From NCBI GenBank assembly GCA_037386985.1, contig JARRLM010000001.1:2495-31376 (forward strand): DNA of 28,882 bases, in the 5' to 3' direction. Position numbers and translations under genes: made by a program. This DNA comes from Acidobacteriota bacterium (GTDB lineage Bacteria > Acidobacteriota > UBA6911). A model generated the notes under the pieces. The model was not told the origin of the DNA and did no database searches. It saw only the letters and a program-made list of their open reading frames with translations. Positions 1 through 9,075 of this stretch are shown here, one piece after another (position 1 is the stretch's first letter; each line of letters opens with the position of its first letter).

Positions 1-249
1 AAAACTGCTTTCCCCCTCAGGAGTCTGCAGCCTATTAAACCAACGAATTCATACAAAACCTGACTAAGAAATAAATCATACCTTTTTCTAAATTAGAAAT
101 CAACGCAAATTCTTAAAATGTCAATATGCTCTTATTATTTCCGGAGCAGGAAAACAATATACTCTCACAGCAATTCCAATCAGATTAAGGTATAATCCGA
201 CGACAAGAAGATTTAACAAAATTATGCGTATTCAAGGGCGGGATCAGTG

Positions 250-348
250 ATGGCAAAATCCAGAAACATCAGGAAAGACGTTAAAAAGAAACCGGCGAAA
301 TCCATCAAGGAAAAGAAGAAGGCTAAACTGGAGCGAAAGTCGAAATAG
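250..348 (+). CDS. Small Lys-rich protein, 32 aa (MAKSRNIRKDVKKKPAKSIKEKKKAKLERKSK); below the ORF-track cutoff
   Basis: Manual translation: ATG 250-252 to TAG 346-348, open, 14 Lys; no strong RBS seen. Confidence 0.5.
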   Translation: MAKSRNIRKDVKKKPAKSIKEKKKAKLERKSK

Positions 349-418
349 GTGAATATCTTTCCCAGTTCGTGATCAATACGGGTTTATGCACTGAAACACT
401 GGCACAAGGGAGAATGAA

Positions 419-532
419 ATGGGAGACAAGGGCGGCAAGAAGGACAAAGCTAAAAGCAAGAAACAGAAGAGCAAGAAACAGCAAGACGAATTAAAACAGA
501 AACAGGAGAAACAGCAACGCCAGACCCTCTAG
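419..532 (+). CDS. Small Lys/Gln-rich protein, 37 aa (MGDKGGKKDKAKSKKQKSKKQQDELKQKQEKQQRQTL); below the ORF-track cutoff
   Basis: ATG 419-421 preceded by purine-rich AAGGGAGA; ends TAG 530-532 followed by TGA. Confidence 0.65.
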   Translation: MGDKGGKKDKAKSKKQKSKKQQDELKQKQEKQQRQTL

Positions 533-553
533 TGAGAAACCGCACACGGTGCA

Positions 554-1537
554 CTATGCCTGGAATGGCGGCCCTGAAGATGCCAACCGGATATGGTATG
601 CTCTCGTACTAGATCTGCTGTGTTGCAAACAGAGATCTACCAGATCTGCGATATTAGCCTCTCCCACGCACATGACCGTATCTGCACCGCCCCAATAGAT
701 CTTCACCGTTCCATCAGGTTCTGAAACAGCGCCGCAGCTGAAAACTACATTATGGACATATCCTGTGACTTCCCATGGGTCTTCCGGCTGTAGAATCCAG
801 GAGTCACTTACTCCTATGACTTTCGCTGGATTGCAGAGATCATGTAGCGCAACGCCCAGGCGATAGATCGCTCCATCCATTGTTTGAAATACACCATGAT
901 AGATGGAAAGCCATCCCTGCTCCGTTTTGAGAGGCGGCGCTCCTGGACCGATTTTCATTTCATCCCAGTGATAGGGTTCCGGCCTCATGACAAGCTGGGA
1001 CTTACCCCAAAAGCATAGGTCCGGAGAATAGGAAATCCAGATTGACCAGGGAGTAATTTCCGAATGGGGACGGTCAAGCCGGGCATAGAGTCCTTTAAAC
1101 TTCTCGGGAAAGATCACGGCATTCCGAGAGTCAGCCTGTGTGATAAGTGAAACTGGTTCTATCTGAATAAAGTCCTTGGTCCTGGCGAGAGCGATCCGCA
1201 CACCATTTCGCGAGTAGGCGCTATATGTGATGAGATACTCGCCTTCCAAACAGGTCACGCGTGGGTCCTCGACGCCGAATTCCTCGTAGGCGGCAAAAGG
1301 GCTATCCCGTTCAGGCTGTATAAATGGTTTAGAATCGGCGATGAACCGGAAACCGTCGAAACTGCGTGCTAAACCTATGATAGACCGTCCGGTTCTCAGA
1401 TGAGAGCGGAAGAGCATGATGTACTCATCCCCATGCTTTACTACCGCTGCGTTGTGAACTGTTTCCACCGGGTAAGGAATCTCAGCTTTTGTAAGAATAG
1501 GATTTCCGGAATATCGCCTGATGATGTCTGGATTCAT
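554..1537 (-). CDS. Glycoside hydrolase family 130 protein (beta-mannoside phosphorylase-like)
   Basis: GNPIL start, VEDPR catalytic-Asp motif, SRNAVIFPEK, LDRP, KIGPGAPP, YHGV, VVFSCG; start overlaps the stop of 1534..2583. Confidence 0.92.
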   Translation of the reverse strand: MNPDIIRRYSGNPILTKAEIPYPVETVHNAAVVKHGDEYIMLFRSHLRTGRSIIGLARSFDGFRFIADSKPFIQPERDSPFAAYEEFGVEDPRVTCLEGEYLITYSAYSRNGVRIALARTKDFIQIEPVSLITQADSRNAVIFPEKFKGLYARLDRPHSEITPWSIWISYSPDLCFWGKSQLVMRPEPYHWDEMKIGPGAPPLKTEQGWLSIYHGVFQTMDGAIYRLGVALHDLCNPAKVIGVSDSWILQPEDPWEVTGYVHNVVFSCGAVSEPDGTVKIYWGGADTVMCVGEANIADLVDLCLQHSRSSTRAYHIRLASSGPPFQA

Positions 1538-2583
1538 GATCGCCTCTTCATCTCCAAATCAAAGATCTTGTGATAGACCCGCTCGTATGCAGCCACCATT
1601 GAGTCTATGGAAAAATGCTGCTGGACATGTTCGCGGCAGTTAGTACGGTCAATTTCGCCAAGCCGTTTTAATGCCTGCACCGCTTCGTTCACGGAGTAGA
1701 CCAGAAATCCGGTTTTCCCATTCTTGATTACTTCCCTGCAGGAGCCAAGATTCATCGCAATCACGGGAATGCCGGCGGCATTGGCCTCTGCCAGAACCAG
1801 TCCGAATCGCTCTGGAATAGTGTTCATGTGCAGCAATGCTCGGGCACGGGCAAATAATTCATTCTTACCTGAAACTCCCACCGGTCCGATGTAGCGGATC
1901 TGTCGACTATCAAGATGTGGTTCCACCTGCTCCCGGAAGTAAGTCTTGTCCTGAATGATGCCCGCAATTTGCAGCGGCAACCCGCTAAGGCGAGCAACTT
2001 CGATCGCAAGGTGAACGCCCTTATCCGGATGAATCCGGCCGAGGAAGATTAAATCATCACCAGGAGATCGTTGAAGCGGGTACAACGAAAGATCGATCCC
2101 GTTATATACAGTAGCCAGGTAATTTAAGCCTGGCGCTCGGTCGGAATTGCTGATGGAAACAAAGTATCCGTCACGATACTTTTGATACACCGGCTTGATT
2201 TCCGGAGAGGAAAATCCGTGGATTGTAGTCAGTACCGGAGTTTTTACCAGGCGCGTGAAAGTTAATGCCATAAAATCGTAGTGGCTATGGATCAGGTCAA
2301 ACTCGGCTGCATGTTCGAATGCCTCCGATATGTGAAGGTATTCTGCCACCTTGGGATCAGCGGTGGAATCCTCCTCATATCCCCTATCCACTACAGCGTG
2401 CAGATGAGCGCGAGTTACGGAATCCCGGCTGGCGAAAAGTGTTACATCCCAATCCCGGGCGACAAGTCCTTCGGTAATGTTGCTGGCAACAGTCTCCCAA
2501 GCTCCATATTGGCGAGGAGGTGTTCGCCAGGCAACCGGTGACAGGATGGCCACTCTTTTCTTGGGAATCGCCATGGCTTTCAA
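1534..2583 (-). CDS. Glycosyltransferase family 4 (GT-B)
   Basis: PPRQYG, FLGRIHPDKG and ERFGLVLAE (E-x7-E) motifs. Confidence 0.92.
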   Translation of the reverse strand: MKAMAIPKKRVAILSPVAWRTPPRQYGAWETVASNITEGLVARDWDVTLFASRDSVTRAHLHAVVDRGYEEDSTADPKVAEYLHISEAFEHAAEFDLIHSHYDFMALTFTRLVKTPVLTTIHGFSSPEIKPVYQKYRDGYFVSISNSDRAPGLNYLATVYNGIDLSLYPLQRSPGDDLIFLGRIHPDKGVHLAIEVARLSGLPLQIAGIIQDKTYFREQVEPHLDSRQIRYIGPVGVSGKNELFARARALLHMNTIPERFGLVLAEANAAGIPVIAMNLGSCREVIKNGKTGFLVYSVNEAVQALKRLGEIDRTNCREHVQQHFSIDSMVAAYERVYHKIFDLEMKRRS

Positions 2584-4061
2584 TTTTCCCCGGAATGCAT
2601 TGCCCTCAGGACACTGTCTACCGGTACAGTGGCGAAGCCTGTGGCGTGATCAGCCAGTCCATACGGGATTATAAGTTCTCCCCTGTGGAGTAGAGCGCCG
2701 CATGTATAGACGACGTTCGGTACGTAGCCTTCCCGTTCATCCTGATTGGGTTGAAGTAAGGGTTCGCGCAGGCGGCCGATTACCTTGCCCGGATCATCGC
2801 GATCCAACAGAAATGCGCTAATGCAGTACCTTCGAATAGGGCCGACGCCATGGCTGAGAACCAGCCAGCCTGCATCGGTTTCGATTGGGGATCCGCAGTT
2901 TCCAAGCTGGATTAACTCCCATGGGAAAGTCGGCTTAAGGAGCAATTTGCGCTCATTCCAGAAGTGGACGTTATCAGAGAACATGAGGTACATGCTCTCG
3001 TTGTCCTGACGCGAGAGCATGGCATAGAGCCCATTGATTTTCCGAGGGAAGATTGCCATGCCTTTGTTTTGGGCGGCAGGGCCGTTTAAGGTGATAAAGC
3101 GAAACCGAAGGAAGTCAGCGGTCTCCACAAGCTCCGGCACTGCCACCCTGCCATCAAAGGCTGTAAATGTCGCATAGTAAATGTTGCTGCCGTCATCGTT
3201 CTGGAAACGGACGAACCGTGCGTCCTCGATGCCGTTGCGCTGCGCTGTCGTGGCCGGAAAAATGATACGCCCGGAAAGCTGCTGTTCAGGTTGGAATTGG
3301 ACCTCGTAATTCGATTGGGCCAGCATCAAAATCCCCTCTGCGGTTCGCTGATCTTCTTGCAGGATACCCTTCGATTGGCGCTCTTTGTCCAACTCGGCGT
3401 CGATGCCGTCCCGAAGTTCCTGCATTGAGAACGAGTCGCCGAACCTACTCATAACCCGGCTCACGAATTCGCCTCTCAATCCCAGTTCAAAGAGTTTCCT
3501 CGTAAACAATCCCTTCTCATATGCCGGATTTGGGATTTGACGAGGCTCGACGGGAAAACCTGCAGTGTCCAGGACTTTGATTCGATGGTTGGAATAAATA
3601 ATGCCGGACCGGAAGGTGATGGAAGAAATGTGCCCTTCTCCAGTGGCGCGAAGGCTGAGAATGAACCGCAGAGCACCAGGAGGCAGGCCGGTTTGGTCAG
3701 GGTGGGGAACGATGGAGGGATTAAACAGCGCAGCAGATTCGAGAGAATATTCGGCGAGGAAGTATGAACCTATCAACATCCGTCTTTTTTCTGAAAGGCC
3801 CTTTTCCGGAACATGCTCCTTGTGGACTTGTCCGAAGCGTTCCAGAAACAGCTTGTCGATCTGCTGGTGCCGCTGTGAGAACTCGGCGCAGATTTCATCC
3901 AGGAGAGAACCAACCCGTTCTTCCGGAAGCAGCATGATCCGAGCGATGATCCTGTCCATACGTTGTGAATTGCCCGGACTGAAGGGCCTTAGAAGTACGC
4001 GTGACTGATCGGGCTTAATAACTTTTTTTGTGCGCTTAACGTTTATTATGTTGTTGTTCAT
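2580..4061 (-). CDS. Long-form glycoside hydrolase family 130 protein with ~200-aa N-terminal extension
   Basis: LFNPSIV, GEGHISSI, GIEDARFV, NKGMAIFPRKI, GNCGSPIET, GYVPNVVYTCG motifs. Confidence 0.9.
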   Translation of the reverse strand: MNNNIINVKRTKKVIKPDQSRVLLRPFSPGNSQRMDRIIARIMLLPEERVGSLLDEICAEFSQRHQQIDKLFLERFGQVHKEHVPEKGLSEKRRMLIGSYFLAEYSLESAALFNPSIVPHPDQTGLPPGALRFILSLRATGEGHISSITFRSGIIYSNHRIKVLDTAGFPVEPRQIPNPAYEKGLFTRKLFELGLRGEFVSRVMSRFGDSFSMQELRDGIDAELDKERQSKGILQEDQRTAEGILMLAQSNYEVQFQPEQQLSGRIIFPATTAQRNGIEDARFVRFQNDDGSNIYYATFTAFDGRVAVPELVETADFLRFRFITLNGPAAQNKGMAIFPRKINGLYAMLSRQDNESMYLMFSDNVHFWNERKLLLKPTFPWELIQLGNCGSPIETDAGWLVLSHGVGPIRRYCISAFLLDRDDPGKVIGRLREPLLQPNQDEREGYVPNVVYTCGALLHRGELIIPYGLADHATGFATVPVDSVLRAMHSGEN

Positions 4062-4068
4062 GAGAAGC

Positions 4069-6357
4069 TTACTCTCCTAGGGCAATTGGCTCCTTGAAAC
4101 TTGTAACTATGTTTTGAGCCAGGCGCATCTCCGCGAGTGATAATAGGAAAGCCAGCGTGGATTCCGCTCCCTGGTTCTCATTGACTCGATCCATGTGTAA
4201 TCCATCACTGCAGCCACCGTTCTCCGGGGAATAGAGTTCCCGGCCGAGATCGTTCCAGCCAAGGAACCAATCGAATGCACGTTGTGCCTGCTCATACCAC
4301 CAGAAGTCCTTGGTTGTACGCGCAGCCACAAGACAGCTGGAAACCATGGCTTGTGCCTCGATCGGTTGTTGATCAAAATTGGCACGAGAACCGCCACGGT
4401 TGTAAAAACCATTACTGCCAATCGGCCGAAAGTGTCCTTTTTCAGAGGTCTGCACTTTGATGAGCCAACGCAGCACCTGCAAGCCCTGTTCTAAAACTTC
4501 CTGCTGTCCGGTTGCGCGCCCGCTTAAAATCAAGGCATGTGCGAGCTTCGCGTTGTCGTAGGATAGCACCTGCTCAAACCAGTTCCAGTCTGGCGTAGCA
4601 TTCTTCTTTAAAAGATTCATTAACCTGGAAATGAGTCCCTCGCGGATTTGGTTGACAAGACTGTCGCCGCTCAGTCGTCGCAAGTACTCGTGAATGCCGA
4701 TTAGTCCGAATGCCCAGGCCCGCGGCGATGTAAATTCCGTCAATGTTGGTACCGAAAGTGCAAAAAGTTGTCCTGCCATCGTTTGGAAACCTCGGAATGG
4801 CGAACGCCCCACACCTATACCGAGAGCCCAGATTGCCCGTCCCTGACTGTCCTCCGATCCTTTGTCATCAAGCCAGCGCCGGTCAAAACTCATAAAATTG
4901 TGAAAACGTTTTGTTTTCTTATCAAAGGCATGTTGGAGAAAACCAGCGCAGGTGGTGGCCAAGGTTCTCACGATTTCTGGATCCTTTCCCAGTTCGCTGA
5001 GCAGAACCGCCAGAATATATGCACGAGCATTGTCGTCTGTACAATAGCCCTCAGAAAAATTTGGAACGCCGCCGACAGCGTGTTGAAAAACACCGGTAGA
5101 ATCGGTCATCCGAGAAAGGTGGTCCAATTTCAATTTAGGCAGTTCTCGAGGTCTCTGGTCGAGTGTCTTGGTGACAAGAATTTTGGGGGAGTGCACACCC
5201 ATGTTCAGCCGTGATAGCTCGAACGAACTCATATATTGCTGTGCGACATTATTCCAGATCATGTCGCGCCCGATCCTGTATGCGTTCTTTCGAATTGCAT
5301 GGCGCCTTGAATCATCCCTCAGTAAGCCGGTCACTTCCCGGGCGATAGACTGGGCATCGCCGAATGGCACCAACGCTCCACGATCCTCAGCCAGAAGTTC
5401 GGCTGCGTGCCAGTAAGGTGTCGAGACTACGGCTTTACCGGCGCCAAACGTATAAGCGAGTGTGCCTGACGTGATCTGCGCTTCATTGAGATAAGGTGTT
5501 ACATAAAGGTCCGCCGCGCCTATGAACGCCTTCAGTGTGTCTATTTCCACGAACTGGTTGTAGAAGATGACGTTTGTTTCTACTTTATTCTTTTTGGCCA
5601 GGATCTCCAGGCTCAGCCTATAGGTTTCCCCGTGCTCGCGGAGTTCATTTGGATGCGTGGCACCCAGAATAATGTAAACAACATCGGGAAACTCCGCCAG
5701 AATGCCCGGAAGAGCATTGAGTACATATTCGATTCCCTTGTTGGGAGAAAGTAAACCGAATGTGAGTAATACTGTCTTTCCTTCAACACCGAACTGATCT
5801 TTGAAGTAGGTTGGGTCGACGAATCCCACATCTGGAATCCCATGCGGGATCAGGTCTATCTTAGCCGGCGGTGCATTATAAACATCCTGCAGTATCCGAC
5901 AGCCTCGCTCGGCCATGACAACCAGCCTGGTTGAGAGCGAGATCAATTCTTGCATGACACGCTGTTGATCGGCTTGCGGTGTATGCAAAATAGTGTGGAG
6001 CGTCGTGACAACAGGCATTCGTAATTCGTGCAGGAATGCTAAAATGTGACTGCCGGCGGGTCCGCCGAAAATGCCGAACTCATGTTGTAGGCAAACAATA
6101 TCTACATTGCTGATGTTGAGAAAGTCCGCAGCCCGCAGGTAGGACGATACGTCCTGCTCTTCAATCTCGAAGTGAACAACTTCCGGGTAATCGTAACCGC
6201 CATTGATATCGTTGACCGAGACTGAGAAACACCGGCTCTGCGGATACGTATTTGCGACTGATGCAAGTAGGTCTGACGTGAATGTGGCGATCCCGCATTT
6301 GCGTGGCAGGTGGTTTCCGACAAATGCAATCTTTTGAACTTTTACTGTTTTACTCAT
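4069..6357 (-). CDS. GT4 glycosyltransferase fused to a C-terminal ~370-aa helical (six-hairpin glycosidase-like) domain
   Basis: N-half: PRKCGIATF, QHEFGIFGG, FGLLSPNKG, TSGTLAY; C-half: GYCTDDNARA, YDNAKL, FDQQPIEA, NQGAEST. RBS AAGGAAGG upstream of the ATG. Confidence 0.9.
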   Translation of the reverse strand: MSKTVKVQKIAFVGNHLPRKCGIATFTSDLLASVANTYPQSRCFSVSVNDINGGYDYPEVVHFEIEEQDVSSYLRAADFLNISNVDIVCLQHEFGIFGGPAGSHILAFLHELRMPVVTTLHTILHTPQADQQRVMQELISLSTRLVVMAERGCRILQDVYNAPPAKIDLIPHGIPDVGFVDPTYFKDQFGVEGKTVLLTFGLLSPNKGIEYVLNALPGILAEFPDVVYIILGATHPNELREHGETYRLSLEILAKKNKVETNVIFYNQFVEIDTLKAFIGAADLYVTPYLNEAQITSGTLAYTFGAGKAVVSTPYWHAAELLAEDRGALVPFGDAQSIAREVTGLLRDDSRRHAIRKNAYRIGRDMIWNNVAQQYMSSFELSRLNMGVHSPKILVTKTLDQRPRELPKLKLDHLSRMTDSTGVFQHAVGGVPNFSEGYCTDDNARAYILAVLLSELGKDPEIVRTLATTCAGFLQHAFDKKTKRFHNFMSFDRRWLDDKGSEDSQGRAIWALGIGVGRSPFRGFQTMAGQLFALSVPTLTEFTSPRAWAFGLIGIHEYLRRLSGDSLVNQIREGLISRLMNLLKKNATPDWNWFEQVLSYDNAKLAHALILSGRATGQQEVLEQGLQVLRWLIKVQTSEKGHFRPIGSNGFYNRGGSRANFDQQPIEAQAMVSSCLVAARTTKDFWWYEQAQRAFDWFLGWNDLGRELYSPENGGCSDGLHMDRVNENQGAESTLAFLLSLAEMRLAQNIVTSFKEPIALGE

Positions 6358-6862
6358 TATCCTTCCTTATCTCCATAGGTGTTTGATACTTCCTCGATTG
6401 ATCGGATTAGACAGGAACCTTGAAATGAAGCAGCTCCTTATGCGTTTACAGGCCCTGGAGATAGCTAGAGATGTGTAAGCTTTTTATAACTTGTTCGTAA
6501 TGTCCTTGATGAAGAACGATCCCATTAAAAAATTCATGAGGCTTAGTTGTAACGAGAAAAGATCTTGAGTATTGTCTCTACAAACTCAAATTTCTTCAGA
6601 AGTTCTACAGCATTTAGCGATAAAAAGCCCTCTCCATCCTAAATTTCTCAAGGTTCATACCTGGGGAGCGATCAGCAGATAATAGAAATGAGAACACAGC
6701 TCTGAATAGATATATTTAAAACACCAGTATCTAGGCACTAAAAAGATAGTGATCTGTATTTACAACATTGTCAAGGTTTGTAGGTCACTCACCGATTGTT
6801 CTCAAGGCGATTGTCTTGGCGTTAATAAAATTTTGCAGCCCGAACAGGCTCTTGAGAAAGGA

Positions 6863-7003
6863 TCGGTTGGTAATATCACGAATAACGAGATTCAATCCGA
6901 CAACCTCACCGTTTTATCAAGCTGACAATATTTTCAATTGCCAATGCCAATAATAGAATCGGCGTATGCCTTACAGGCAAAACGGATATTACTGATGGTT
7001 CCT
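6863..7003 (-). pseudogene. Possible degenerate PAS/PAC-domain remnant
   Basis: Three adjacent minus-strand frames give GTISNIRFACKAYADSII / IENIVSLIK / NGEVVGLNLVIRDITNR; the last resembles a PAC motif. Needs two frameshifts. Confidence 0.3.
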
Positions 7004-7076
7004 CGGGGCGGGCAACTGACGATCCCGCATTTCTCCTTCAACTCTTTGTAATTATTTCGAACTTTAAACGTATATA

Positions 7077-7658
7077 TTAAATAGTAATGGCAAAACGGGG
7101 TGCCCCAGTCAAATCGAATGCTTCCTCCTTGGTGATCGCCCATCCGTCATAAGCTTGTTCGATATCCTCCCGACTGATGCCTCGCGGCAGGGGTCCTCTG
7201 CGACCCGGTGAGAACGCGTACATCAGGAGCGAGGCGTTCTCGGTGGCCACCGCCGTGACCTCACGGCTCACCGCTCGCACCTGCTCGGGCTGGAGGCCAT
7301 GTACGACGCCAAAGTCCAGGATGAGGTGAAATCCCGAGCCGATGCCCGAGGCCGTGAGTGTTGTTATGCTCCCTTCGACGAATAGAACCTCCACACCGGC
7401 TCTGCTTGCTCGTTTGCGGGCGATGCGGACCGCCTTCGGAACGATATCGATACCGGTTACCTTCCACCTGCGTTGAGCCAGGCGAACCGACCAAAATCCG
7501 GTACCACATCCAAGATCGAGCGCGCGCCCGTAGGGTTATTCTCTACCGCGCTCCTCTCGGTCAAAAAGCGCGACGGCCTGGTCGCCTATAGGAAGTGACG
7601 GCATCCGTTCCCACGGCGTCATGCCGACCAGGTACTGGAATTTGTAGAAAAGGCTCAT
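7077..7658 (-). pseudogene. Class I SAM-dependent methyltransferase with an in-frame stop and a truncated C-terminus
   Basis: RBS CAGGAG and ATG at 7656-7658; MSLFYKFQYLVGMTPWE...RE*PYGRALDLGCGTG...VTGIDIV. TAA at 7536-7538 (codon 41); same frame as track ORF 7077..7394. Confidence 0.85.
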
Positions 7659-7851
7659 GCAATCTCCTGGTAACGCCTTGGCGGCTAACAGTGAATATAC
7701 AGTTTGTATAAACCAGAAAAACTAAATATCTTATTTCATTTATTGTATCGTTAGGGCGATCCTAACACTTTCGGCCCCTTGGCTGGCAAGCATTTCTCTC
7801 TAGCCCTTCCCGTTGGCTTCCCTTTTTTCAGAGGTCGCTATTCCGGCCATG

Positions 7852-7928
7852 CCCTCAAAATGCCCCTGCTGTGTCCCGAACTGTGTCCGCGAGAAACTGA
7901 CCGTATCCAACTCCAGCCAACTGGAACC
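7852..7928 (+). repeat. 77-bp dispersed repeat copy 1 (integrase arm-type-site-like)
   Basis: 70/77 identical to 24668-24744 and 68/77 to 26740-26816; contains CTGTGYCC twice (12-bp period) and CCAACT twice (10-bp period). Confidence 0.9.
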
Positions 7929-8081
7929 AAAATAGAAGAGAAATTCGGAGAAAGCGAAAATCAGAACTTTTCGCAGCCGTCTTTTCAGCATAGGAAAATC
8001 ACTTGTCCGGTAATGCTGTTCAGGATTTGGGAATTGCCGAAGCTCCAATTAATGATCGGGCAAATTCAGCTTTTGATCGCC

Positions 8082-8114
8082 CGGAACCCGATCCTTGAGT
8101 TCTTCAAACCAGTT
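8082..8114 (-). pseudogene. Probable C-terminal tail of a Ser/Thr kinase with beta-propeller repeats (Acidobacteria type)
   Basis: [11 protein letters not shown] is fused in frame where CoA-transferase homology stops; matches my recollection of the NWFEELKxRVP terminus of that kinase family (not searched). Confidence 0.5.
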
Positions 8115-8123
8115 GTTGACAGA

Positions 8124-8639
8124 TTCCGTCACGATAAGGCTGACCCGCCTTACTGAGGTCAAAGGGAGAGTGCAACGCTTTACGATTTTCGGCTTGCCTT
8201 TCGCTGTGTGCGACATGGTGACAATAACGCGTTTGGCTCCGGTCACCAGATCCATAGCGCCGCCCATCCCCGGCAACAGCTTACCCGGAACCATCCAGTT
8301 TGCCAACCGGCCCTTTTAATCCACTTGCAGGCCGCCGAGAATGGTCAAGTCAAGATGGCTGCCGCGGATCATGCCGAAGGAAAGGCAGCTGTCAATACTG
8401 GCGGTCCCGGGAATGGCGCCGACGAAACCTCCGCCGGCATCGATGAGCGATGGTTCCTCCATGCCTGCTCCAGGCATCGGCGCCATGCCGATGATGCCGT
8501 TTTCCGATTGGAAATAGACGTCCATGCCGGGCGGCATATACCCGGGAATCAACGTAGGCAGGCCGATACCGAGATTTACCAGGTTCCCGTCCTTTAATTC
8601 GAGTGCCGCCCTCTCCGCAATCAGAGTCTTATCGTCCAT
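8124..8639 (-). pseudogene. 3-oxoacid CoA-transferase beta subunit (AtoA/ScoB-like), nonsense mutation and C-terminal truncation
   Basis: VNLGIGLP, catalytic [16 protein letters not shown] (in-frame TAA 8316-8318), GMGGAMDLV; homology ends at SLIVTE. Confidence 0.88.
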
Positions 8640-9060
8640 TGGTTTCGGCCCTCCCTATGATGTGATGAACGCAGACAAAGGGTGTTGCCACAGAGTCTGG
8701 CGGAATGCCCCCGAGCCCGAAACCGCCGGCGCGGATACGTTCCGCCAAAGTACCCTGCGGGCAAAGCTCCGCGTCCATTTCACTGGCGATTATCTGTCTC
8801 TGGGTTTCGGGGTTCAGCCCGATATGAGAGGCGATGAGCCGGCGAATCATTTTTGGCGCAACTAATTGTCCAATCCCGAAATTCGGCGTGCCGGTATCGC
8901 CGGTATCGTTGGAGATAATCGTGAGGTCCTTCCGGCCCTAGCGAACCATTTCGGCGATTATTCGATACGGTGATCCGACTCCGATGAATCCACCGATCAT
9001 GATCGAGGCTCCATCCGGAATCCTCTCTACCGCCTCGCTGCAACTGATGAATTTGTTCAT
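8629..9060 (-). pseudogene. 3-oxoacid CoA-transferase alpha subunit (AtoD/ScoA-like), nonsense mutation and internal deletion
   Basis: ATG 9058-9060; DGASIMIGGF...[14 protein letters not shown] (TAG 8938-8940); [13 protein letters not shown] runs straight into the terminal IPPDSVATP segment, so about 100 aa appear to be missing. Confidence 0.85.
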
Positions 9061-9075
9061 TTGCCTTGCACCTCG

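Noticed and set aside
6934-7143. 69-aa minus-strand ORF
   Set aside because: It starts inside the methyltransferase pseudogene and crosses into AT-rich DNA; at most part of a degenerate PAS remnant.
7779-8156. Track ORFs sharing a PLLCP..LCPRE..IQLQPTG-like peptide (also 26454..26840) and related ORFs 24431..24865 and 24516..24872
   Set aside because: They are translations of the non-coding 77-bp repeat and its surroundings, not a protein family.
7536-8940. Stop-codon recoding (alternative code or pyrrolysine) to explain in-frame stops
   Set aside because: The stops are of two types (TAA, TAA, TAG), the same genes also carry deletions or truncations, and intact genes in the window end normally at TAA, TAG and TGA.
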